Shown here: one piece after another, positions 52,901 through 64,000 of the stretch
Layout: each line of letters opens with the position of its first letter
How positions within the stretch are numbered: position 1 is the stretch's first letter
DNA from: Perna viridis
Lineage: Eukaryota
Assembly: GCA_037379345.1 (NCBI GenBank)
Contig: CM074511.1
Span: forward strand, 6,200,001 to 6,264,000
Reading direction: 5' to 3'
Length of the DNA stretch: 64,000 bases
The notes under the pieces: model-generated
Databases searched by the model: none
Told to the model about the DNA's origin: nothing
What the model saw: only the letters and a program-made list of their open reading frames with translations
Program-made: the position numbers and the translations under genes

Positions 52901-55900
52901 GATGTTGGCTTACATTCCTGGCTCTACATCAAAATCTTACCAGAAAATACCAATAACAACATTTAACTGGTAGGGTACTATTATGTAATATAAGTATGTT
53001 CTATTAAGCTTCTCCTGACAGAGGAACTTGCTAATCATATTCATCATATGCATGCCATATTATGATAGGTACCACGGAAGATGACAAGTAGTCCATAGGA
53101 TAAGAAATAGAAGGACACGGAGTAATGTCTTTTCAATTTGTTTGTGAAAACCTTAGCAGTAAGTGTCCAAGAAGAATACTGCCATGGCGGCCGAGGACAC
53201 GCAAAGCTCTTGGCTGGTATGTTTTAACCACAGAAGCCAAGTTACTCACAATTCCAGGCGGGTTCAAAATAAAGAGAATTGTCACTAATCTACTGTTAGG
53301 CAAGTTACACTTATCTCCAAAAACACATCCCTTAACCACATAAAATAAATCCAATCTTACATTCAGTCTGCCACCATATAGCCCTGAACATCAAGTTTGA
53401 TCTGCCAAATATGTCAAGTCTCAATCCTTTATTTGGCTGGCTATCCCAATCTATTCCACTACAATCTTCAATCCCCCCCCCAAAAAAAAAAACAAAAAAC
53501 TGAAAATTAAAGCCCTTATATATTTTCAACACCAATACACCAATTTTACTATTTAAATTATCATATCTTATATAACTGACCTAAATTAAGCACCAATGCA
53601 ACACCAACTTAGCACCAATTTCCAATAAATCAAAAACTTTGACAACTACTTAAAACAACATCCTACATGAGTAACATGATACTGTACTTCATCACCTTTC
53701 CTATAGTAAACCACTTAAAATCATAATAAAGATAAACTTCTGGATATAAGACTAATGGTACAATGACTTAATCAAAATATACTTATCAAGACATGCAACT
53801 AATTATCATGAAAATATACACCTCTACAATACATTCAGTCAAAACTATGCACTACTTACCAGAAAAAAAAAAAACTAACCAATCCTTGTACCACACCATG
53901 ATGATAGTTTCTCATCCTATTATGTTAGGCACAAGTTGGTCACCTAGATAAAACTTCCCACTGCTAATTTGTACTAATTAATAAAACCAGTACAAGCATT
54001 AAGACAACACATGCATTGTTTTTAAGTATTAGTAAGGAGATAAAAGATACAGAATATACAGTTCAATACTAGTTCAACCACATATATAGTTTTACTGAGC
54101 TACCAAAACAGAAAGGCTTTATCAAGACTGACCATTTTTGGTTAGGAATCAATATTTCTCTGAAGAACAGATTTCTAGTAAAGACTGGGTTAACCAATGG
54201 CCTAATTTTGAAAAATAAATTAAATACCATTATTTAAACAATACAAATTGCTCAGCTAAAAAAATCTTGATGACCTTAAATCAATACCCAATCACAGTAA
54301 AGTGAACCAGGATCTTGCTGGAGCGTGAGAAATGTGTAATAAAGTTGGTAAATATATGGCGCAAAAAACTTGATCCCTCATATCCAATACATCTTTGGAA
54401 TGCGCTTTATCACAATTTGAGCAAGGTACAAACTAATCGGTATAAATTAAATTCAATTCATTAAAGGTTCACTGATTGATTGTGAAGGTTATATCATTAA
54501 AACAGCTTGTTGATCCAGAAATATTAAATCTGAACTAACCGACTCCTTTTCCAGAGAAAATGTACCAAATTAACCCAGAAAATCCTCTTCAGAAATCGTG
54601 TCAATATCTCATCCCATTATCATGTTTAGGTACTGGAAATAGAACCAACAGATTCTTTCATTTTGTTTGAATGAATTCCTGCTGATGGAGGAGAGGCTTT
54701 CAAGTATTCTGTCTGAAGAAAATAATTTTTCTTAAATATCTTGAGCTTATTATAGAGCCAATTTGTACTTAGATGTTATTGTCTGAACAAACTACATTGG
54801 ATGAGTGACTTTCTTTGAGAAAAAGAAGCCATATTATGATACTATAAATTCTACCCACATTTTGTCACCTTAAAAGAACACTTCCAACATCGCCTCACCT
54901 TATGTATTTACATTAGCTTTCTCTGTCTTCAGAAAGCATATTAGTACACAAAGTAGGTAAAGCTCTGCTACCATACATGTATATCTTGATCATTTTACAG
55001 CGAGCAGCAATGTTATCTTCAGGGAAAAGAGTTGGTCTGACAACTACCTTATGAAATCATTCAGGTAGTTTAATGGACAATTGACAAAGAGATTTAAAGT
55101 TTCTATCAAACTTAGATTTAAGACAATTCATTAGGTATTGATCATTTAGTCAAGGAAAAGCCAACTTCATTTCCTAAAGTTAACCAGTTAACTTGCTGTA
55201 ACTGACCTTATTAGTATCAATTCAATTTATATTGATCTATTTAATTTTAAATGGTGAAAGTTAGATTCAAACATTCAATTCTTTGTCAACATAAATCTGT
55301 TCACATTCAATCTCACACAGGAATGTCCAAAAGTAAATGGAGTCTCCAGGATTTCAGTAATAAAGCTTTTTCAATAAAAACTGTCATATATAAAGGTGAT
55401 TGTAGTACAATAATTTGTTACTTAAACAAGTATGTTGAAACTTTAAATGCTCTTCATACCTATTCAAAGTGTCTACAATTACATTTAAAGATTCATCATA
55501 TTACAGCAAGAAAAAGCTAAATAGATGAATCTCCCTTGTTCTGAACTAAAACACCTGGACTATGAATTAACACACTGGAGAACAAGTCTGGTAATCATAT
55601 ACAAACTGACTTCTTAACATTTGTCCACCCAGAATTACATGCGTACATGGTGAACGCCTTCAGTTGACAAGTCACATTCTCATGTTTTAACTCATTTTTA
55701 GAACAGGTCTGCAGAGATGGGCAAGAAAGATGAATTTTCAGAACACTATTCTATACACCTCCACATTCAACTGAAAAGCATAATTCACATCAAAGGTTGG
55801 TTCAAAAGTCATAAAGAAGGGGTTCTTTTTAAGTTAGTGGTATATCCTGAAAGGATTGTACCAAAGCAGCCATTAATTATGCCTACAGGACACCTGTTTT

Positions 55901-57486
55901 CTGTAGAACTTCTTCTGTATAAACAGTAGAGATAAATAATGTCTTTCTCTACATTACATAATACCTTCACTGACCTAGAAAGTGACATTTAATTAACAGA
56001 CACACCCTCTAACCTAATTATTGATGAGCAATACACATGACATGGTAATCAATAAGATGTCCATATGATGGCTGTATTAGCTGACCACAGTGACTCACTG
56101 CCTACAAATAAATGATCAATAATACCTCCCATACATAGTGTTATTGATATAATTTACTTATCTGAATTTATATAAACGTAAGTCCTAATGTATCTTTGAT
56201 TATCTGAATAGTGCCATTACAATCTAAGGGAAAACCAATGAAATTTGGAAAGGTTCTCACATGAGTCATTTCTGTATGTCTAGTAGGGCTTCATGATTTC
56301 AGAGTTAGAGAAGATATGTCTAATTTCAGGCTTGAATCCAAGAAAGGTGTGCTGGCATATACCTCTCCCTTAGAAATGGGTAAAAAAATTTGTTTGCATG
56401 AATTAAAAAAATCTACAAATAACTTTCTTGCCTCACTTTGCTTGGCCTTTAATTTTTTTATGTTCCCAAACATGAAAGCTCCCCCAAGGTTCCTACTTCT
56501 GGATGTGAATTTCTGATTCTATTCAAACTATCACAAAATTGATTGATATGACCCCATATGTGGCGAACACACTATATACAATGTCAGAAGTAGTCAGGAG
56601 AAAGACCATTATTAGTAAGAAATGAAAGGCTCTCTAGGAGATAACTGTTATGACAAACTACTTAGAATCAGTACAAATGAACTCTTTGGATTAATATGTT
56701 CACTTCTACTTAAATTTAGAACAAACTTAACCACATGGATGTTCCCTACAGTTACAGGAGTTAGAATGACTAAACTTTTGACCTTATCACTTAGATTGTA
56801 GCTACTAGGACATATACAGTACATACCAACAAAACTAAAAGTTCAAAAACCTAACCAGGTTGTAATCTATACCACTATTATATAACAATGCTAAGAAGGA
56901 CGTTACCCTATGTTATTTTATTTCACTTTACTGTAATCTAGCCCATATTTCCTGCTGTGATGTGAACTCAAACTTTATAAGCCTTTAAACCTACGAACTG
57001 TAAAGGAAGATTACCATTTTTGCTGCAGAAATTTCTCATTAGGCAAAGCTTAAGCTTGGGTAACTAATAAAAATAACATTGTGAAATGATGCATAGTTAA
57101 CATCGATCTGAAGTAATAACTTTACCTTTCAAGTCAGGTAATACGGTCAATGTCCTCATTTGTATGTCCCATCATTGGAAATTCTAGATTAGTTATCCAA
57201 TTATTTTCTCTGCTTTATACATTGCACTGATGCAAAGCGTGCATTGGTTGAATCTTACATAAACTGGGTATAATTGTTTCTACATCATTACAGCAGGATA
57301 GGACACTCCATTTCATTTTGTTTTCAATATTTCCATAATATTGTAGAGGTTTAAAGATGATAAGCAGTCTAGAAATGGTAATTAGAGAATGCTGGACAAT
57401 TTGCTTCTAACATGATATTAAGAATTACATTGTATATCATTATGACAAGCCACTTTGCCTGATGAATTAAGGTAACACTATACTGC

Positions 57487-58481
57487 TTTTTAGCTCACCT
57501 GGCCTATGGCCAGGTGAGCTATTGCCATCACTTGGTGTCCGTCGTCCTCATCGTTAACAATTTTTTCAAACATCTTCTCCTCTGAAACTACTAGATAGAT
57601 TTGCATGAAACTTATCATGATTGTTCCTTAGAGCATCCTACACAAAATAACTGTTTGGATTTTTGATCAGTTAAAAAACATGGCCTCCATTACTAATAAT
57701 AGAACATAGGGGTCAGACAGCAGATTTTTTGCATATATCTCCAAAACCATTAGGGTTAACCAAATTCTGACACAAAAAAAAGCATTCAGCATGATGAGAT
57801 CTATCTGTAGTCAAATTTTCATTTTAATTTGTTGACCCATGTTGGAGTAATTGCCCTTTTTGGACGTTTTTTTGCTATTTTGATGTTATTATATTAAAAA
57901 ATCTTCTTCTCAAAAACTATTGTACAGGAATTCAATGACAAGTTGGTATTTTTGTTTTTAAGGTCTCCTCAACAAAATGACTGTTTGGATTTTTGATCAG
58001 TTAGAAAACATGGCCATCATTACTAAAAATAGAACATAGAGGTCATGCAGAAGTTTTGTGCATATATCTCCAAAATCTTTAGGTTTAGCTAATATCTTTC
58101 AATTGCTGAAATGATAATATTATTATATTATAAGGCCTACAAAAGTCTCCAAGTTGTCAGTCAACTTCATGTAAAAGTTATTGCCTTTGAGAAGAGAAAA
58201 ATGACATATTTTGTTTTTTCAAGGATCAAAGTTGTCAGACAACTCCTTGTAAGAGTTGTTGCCCTTGAAAGGCAAAAAATTTATGTTTTAGCAGTTTTCA
58301 GCCAATATCTTGAAAACTAGAATAGTTAGAATGAAACTTTCAGTTGATGAAATGATCCTTATGATAAGTTCTACCAAAGTCTTCATGGAGTCAGAATTGT
58401 TGGACTCTTGTTAGAGTTATTGCTCTTGAAAGGCAAAAATTTAACCAGGTGAGCGATTTAGGCTCTTGGAAGCCACTTGTT
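57487..58481 (+). mobile_element. Helentron-associated non-autonomous element (HINE/DINE-1-like)
   Basis: tttttAGCTCACCTGGCC tat GGCCAGGTGAGCT 5' hairpin, gtccgtcgtc microsatellite, internal direct repeats, 3' CCAGGTGAGC plus ggctcttggaagcc stem-loop, TT target. Confidence 0.85.
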
Positions 58482-58944
58482 CAAATCAGGACCAGTTATA
58501 TCAGCATTAAAGACACTGAACTTGTTTATTTTGTAAATAAAGCCATAAGTCATTACCAATTCTTATTTTTCCCTTCAGTAAATTAAAAATAATGGCGTCC
58601 AAAATTTGTTTACGGTATAATTTTCAGAAAGGCATAGTTTTTCTGCTTCAACGGTAGAATGGTAGGAAGGTTCCAATTCCGGTAGAATTGAACTACCACC
58701 GGTAGGTTCATATGTATGTATAAATTGTACATTAAAATCTCAAAGCCATTTTCATTTACTCTTTATGAAACTCTTAATAAGAAATCCGTTTGCAGCACAC
58801 ATCTACATTAAATCTGTTTTATATCCTAACATTAAATATGACAATGTGAAGGATTACTATGCTTGTGGTGAAATTTGTTTTAACCTTTTTTGTTGTAATT
58901 ACACTCAATTATTCATTTAGTAAGTAGAGTAAGAAGAAACATCT

Positions 58945-59810
58945 GGACATAACTGGAAGGGAAATGCATCATACTTTGTCCTATCTGGACTTCATTGGAA
59001 GTGAGATACATCATACTTTATCCTGTCCGGACATCAACAAAGGGGAGATACATCATACTTTGTCCTGCCCGGACATCAACAAAGGGGAGATACATCATAC
59101 TTTGTCCTGCCCGGGCATCAATAAAGGGGAGATACATCATACTTTATCCTGTCATAACATAACATCATACTTTGTCCTGCCCATACATCACTGAAGGGGA
59201 GATACATCATACTTTGTCCTGCCCAGACATCAATAAAGGGGAGATAAATCATACTTTGTCCTGCCTGGACATCAACAAAGGGGAGATACATCATACTTTG
59301 TCTTGTCCGGACATCAATAAAGGGGAGATACATCATACTTTGTCCTGCCCTGAAATCATTGAATGGGAGGATACATCATACATTGTACTTTTATCCTGCC
59401 CCGACAAAAATAAAGGGGAGATACATCACACTTTGTCCTGTCATGACATAATTGGAGGAAAGATATATCATACCTCCAGCCAGGACATCACTGAAGGGGA
59501 AATGTATCATACTTTGTCCTGGCCGGACATCACTGAAGGGGAGATTCATCATACTTTGTCCTGTCATACATCATTTGAGGAGAGATACATCATACTTTGC
59601 CCTGTCATGACATAGTTGGAAGGGAGTTACATCATACTTTGCCCTGTCATGACATCATTTGAGGGAAGATACATCATACTTTGCCCTTTCATGACATCAT
59701 CTGAGGGGAGATACATCATACTTTGTCCTGTCATGACACCATTTGAGGGGAGATACAATACACTTTGCCCTGTCCAGACATCATTGAAAGGGAGGTTCAT
59801 CATATAATCC
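58945..59810. repeat. 42-bp minisatellite, about 20 copies
   Basis: Unit ggggagatacatcatactttgtcctgcccggacatcaacaaa; produces the GEIHHTLSCPDINK pseudo-ORFs. Confidence 0.95.
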
Positions 59811-61063
59811 TGTTAAAGTACATTTCTACAAATACACATTTCTAAGGTGTTAAAATATCTTTTATTTGAGATTAGTTTCTCTCTATATATGAAAGTACAG
59901 TTGATGGGTTTTAGATTATTTTAAGACTTCTAAAATTGGTGTTTGGTAACCAGCAAATAAGAAACAATAATGAAGTGATATTTATATGATAATGTTACTA
60001 CAAGTACCATATATAAAGGTATCTTCAACACAAACCTTAATAAAATCTACTACCAACATTGCATTTGGTGTACATAACAAATGTGACTGATTAATAGTAA
60101 CTGAATGTCCATTTATAGGAGATATTCCATGCATTTCAAGAGAAGAGCATGAGTGTTCAAACAACTGAATAGAAACCAGAACAGCAATTCTCAGTCTGCC
60201 ATTACTTGGTCTCTACTTTGTTTCTTAAGACAACTTGAACCAATTAAAACATTGAGACCAAAATAAGGTCATAATAGTATCCTGTCCACTTGGTAATCCT
60301 AGATCTTAAAATATTTCAAAAAAAGGGTGGATAGAATCAATTACAAGTCTACAACTGATATTTAACAAGTTTTTTTGAAGTACTGTTGAGAGTATTGTAG
60401 ATAGTTGACGCCTAAATGTGATTATTTAAAAAAAAAATAAATAAAAATAAAGCTTTGAAAACTTGACAAACCCTGTAGTTCAATACTACCCGATACTTGT
60501 CTGACTACTGAAATTTTTCTATACTGAAACTGTAAAGAAAGGCAAGAAAAGACACTGACCAATGCTGTAGGATGTTGCCGCCATTAAAATTCATTCAACT
60601 GAGTGGAGTAGTGGAGATTGGTATATCATACATTTTATATTCAGAATTGGTAATACTGGTTGTTCTGTTTAAACAATGAGGTATATTGTGATGTATGTTT
60701 GACAATGGAGGAGGATTACTCTCCAACTTCTCTCTATCTTGTTTTTAAAAAAGTTAATACATTCTAAAATGGAAAATTGGGAAACAATGAAAATCCAAGG
60801 GGTTGTTCCTTTCCGTAAAAACAAAGATTTTACCAAAGTCTTATATAATTTCCTTGAAGAATTATTTTTACCAAACAAATGCATCAATAAGTTCCAGGTC
60901 ACTTTTTTGTGTTAATTTCAACATGGATATCACAATACAAAAATTAAACAGCTGCCTTTGATATATCAATGATCTTAATTCAATCTTCTTAAGCTTGCAA
61001 TATTTGTTTACTCCATTCAATACTGCAAAATACTTGTCTAAGGTACATCAAATGTATTGTTAA

Positions 61064-61799
61064 GGCCACAGTTTTTTAACTTGTTGTTTTACGGATCTGC
61101 CGACCTGATTTTTTTAGCTACTAGAAAAAATTAGAACTTCACAGAGTAAAGACAAGTTAAAGATGAAAGGTTATGTAGTCTTTTAGTGTAATTGTTAAAT
61201 GAAAAAAGAAGACAAATGTGAAAAAAAAAAAAAAAAAAATTTTCTCTTCATTTTCATGAAATCTGTCTGTATACTCAATTTTCTGTCCCTGAATTCTTCC
61301 TGTACTTGAAGGTTTTTTTCCATATTGACTTTTCACTAAGCCTTTCTATTACACAACTTGTTTACACCAAAACAATGCTCAATGATAAAGTAAACAATAC
61401 ATGTTTTTTGACCAACCCTGTTTTAAAACTCGAACTTCACTTTCATTTTAATTTAACTTCTACCACCTTTATATCATACTGTGAAGAAGGCTATAATTAC
61501 AATAAAATAGAGGAAATAATATTGCTTAAGTATTGCACACTGAATTTATTGGACACTTGAAAAATTAGAATCAGATTAGTGTTTTGTAAATGATGTGTAG
61601 GTACATACAGTAGATAGAATCTTACTTCCTAACTATGTCAAGTTAGATAATGGAATCTTTCAAAATAAAAAAAAATAAAAATTTAAAATATAAAAAAATA
61701 GATTTGCATTTCTGGTTCCCATTTTAGTTTTTACTTTTTTCCCAATGGACCAAACTGATTCCTTCGATTCAAAAATCAATAAATTAAAAAACTGTGGCC
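61064..61799. mobile_element. Non-autonomous Kolobok-like DNA transposon
   Basis: TTAA TSDs at 61060-61063 and 61800-61803; TIR GGCCACAGTTTTTTAA at both ends (RR...YY termini). Confidence 0.85.
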
Positions 61800-62284
61800 T
61801 TAACAATTGTACAAATACAGGGCCACCTTGGCATTTAATTTATATGTCAAAATCTAGAGTGAAAGAACAAATCATTTCTCAAATTCTATAATTCAAAATT
61901 GTAGTAAATGATTTTAAATTGGGTTATATAAACCTAAAGAGAAATATCTGGCATACAAAACTAAATTCTAGACAAAAACATTATGATGACCTTGCATCAG
62001 GATACTAGCCTTACGTATATTTATCATTTCTTACTTTCTCTAAAAGCATCAGACTAATTAAAAAGTCTAACAAAGCAAAACTAAACTAAACCTTTGCTGC
62101 CAGAACTGACAGGCTTACAACATGATTCTGAAATATCTTTCTAATGATACAATAGAAGTTGACTCAATAATGTGTTACCAACTTTCAACCATTCATTTTA
62201 CAAGTTTCTTGTTCTGACAGAAAACTGAAAAGGTCAAAATTTAGAAAAATATCAACCCATTAACATATTAATGGATGTATTTAC

Positions 62285-62419
62285 CCCTAGTTTTTCAGGA
62301 TCCATTTCTTTAACATGTCTTCCACTAATTTCTTTGTCTTTGAAGATTTGGGCATATCTGTAGAGTCTTACACAAGCCATCCAATCTACTACATTCTCTG
62401 TGCTCCAATTCTCAATTGG
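62285..62419 (-). CDS. PIK3R1: p85-like exon, SAM domain N-part (PIENWSTENVVDWMACVRLYRYAQIFKDKEISGRHVKEMDPEKLG)
   Basis: AG/GTAAAT, 135 nt, phase 0/0; W..E.V..W....L..Y...F....I.G SAM pattern. Confidence 0.85.
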
Positions 62420-64000
62420 CTAAAAATAAGAAAACAGAAACAGTTATTTCTAATTGTATAAATGTCTGTAGAATTTTAAAACTTGTGGAAACTCACTTTT
62501 TCTATGCACAAGAATAGAAAAAAACTTCTTACATTGAAAAATTGAGTTACTTGAAATATTGTTCCCACAACACAAGTTTTTAAAAATAAAATGGTATACT
62601 GAGGCAGCTAGATACAACCAGAAAAATCCAACCATCTTTGAAGTTTGATACTGCTCTAGAATTATGTTCAACACAGCATTTAATTCAGACTAGCATGAAA
62701 GTGGTCAACAAATTTAAAATTCTGAATAAGAATTTATTCATCCAACAGTTAAATATACAGGGTAAATTGGTGTCAACCATCTGTATACTTTGTAAGTGAT
62801 ATTCAATTTTGTTTTGTTTTTGTTTTTAAATAATCTGAATCCAATTCTAAAGGGTTCAAATTCAACTTTTTTTCCGGATGCAGTTGGTATAGTTTCACTT
62901 TTTAGCCTTTGACCTTAAAGATGCTCTTCCATGGAAACACATGTCACCTGATTGGCCAAATACTGATACCTTAGTGGCATTTGAAAAATTGTATGAAAAT
63001 TGAAATTGTGTGTCATGTGTTATTTCCTGTATGAAATGTGGAAAATTGTAATTTTAAAAAAAAAGAAGAAATTTGACTGTGTCGGCCATCTTTTTTTAAG
63101 ACAAAATCGAAATCTTCTTCATGCAGATACACACAATTACACTGGAGTAATGGAATGCTACTAACATTACAAATGATAAATCTCAGAAAGGCTCTAACAC
63201 ACAATCTCTGTCTTCTGCTAAAATATATTTAGGATAGATTGTGATGTTAACCTATAGACTGTATTTACAGAGTACCAGTGGGTCACTGTACAGACAACTG
63301 AGTCATATTGTTGTTATCATTGTTTATAGGGCTTAATCTGTCATGATGTAGGAATCACAATAAAAATAAAACATGTCAAAGAGACAGACTTCCAGGAAGT
63401 TTTTTTCTATGATACAGGACAAATGATAAATATAGTATATATGTAAATCTCAATGTCTCTGACCTAACAGACATTAAACCGATCTTGTAATACCAAACAG
63501 GTTATGTCTGGAAAGGATTGTTTTGTAAGCAAGACAGGCATATTTTAAAAAATGATAGATTTGATGCAATTATAGTCATGCTAACCAAAGGACTTGAATC
63601 AGAACAATTATAACAGTCCTTTAATTACAAAGTTTCAGTTATATATGACCTCAGTGAAACCCGTTCTAACTAAACATTAGACTTCTTCATAGTAATATGA
63701 CTGCAGTGGACCATAGATTCATATATGCTACTGAGACTTCTAAAAAGCTTAAGACCTGAAAAGTGATTGTAAAGAAGATTCAGGATCTTCAAACTTAAAT
63801 AATGAAATCTAACTTAATCCTAAGCCCTCAATTACCCTGGAATGCTTGTGTAGTAAACCTTCATTATGTAGCAGCTTACAATACAAATGAACATAGTCCC
63901 TGTTACAATACAACATATCTCAGACAAACCTACCTCTAATTATAATTTACCATTTATAAACATATAGAACAGTATTGGCTGGAAAGGAGCTTGGAGCAAT

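Larger units (their letters stand above)
27794..62419 (-). other. PIK3R1: PI3K class IA regulatory subunit (p85-like) gene: SAM-C1-RhoGAP-PR-nSH2-iSH2-cSH2; 14 exons here, 5' part beyond the window
   Basis: All exons GT-AG with compatible phases. nSH2 [46 protein letters not shown] is nearly identical to p85. A coiled-coil iSH2 and a second SH2 follow. The symbol denotes the family; paralog assignment is not meaningful in an invertebrate. Confidence 0.93.

Noticed and set aside
57134-57215. Minus-strand FPMMGHTNEDIDR resembling the GHTHEDID motif of invertebrate DNA-transposase-like proteins
   Set aside because: Only about 14 codons between stops with no supporting flanks; could be chance.

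Overview
Eukaryotic, AT-rich animal genomic DNA. The repeat families and gene structure suggest a bivalve mollusc (inference). Two convergent multi-exon genes were rebuilt by hand from splice sites and reading frame, and both run off the window edges. (1) + strand, 110-14252: the 3' part of MDC1 (large basic low-complexity exon plus tandem BRCT). Its last intron is a U12-type AT-AC minor intron (12923-14194). (2) - strand, 62419-27794: a class IA PI3K regulatory subunit (p85/PIK3R-like) with SAM-C1-RhoGAP(BH)-Pro-rich-nSH2-iSH2-cSH2 architecture. All 14 exons join in phase, a 19-kb intron splits the SAM domain, and the protein ends in a tail carrying its own YxxM motif. Introns and the intergenic gap hold Tc1/mariner-, hAT- and Kolobok-type non-autonomous DNA elements, Helentron-like elements, decayed LINE and Penelope-like fragments, and several minisatellites. 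One minisatellite multiplies a splice donor in frame. No prokaryotic system, CRISPR array, tRNA or rRNA was seen. Most short ORFs in the supplied track are spurious.
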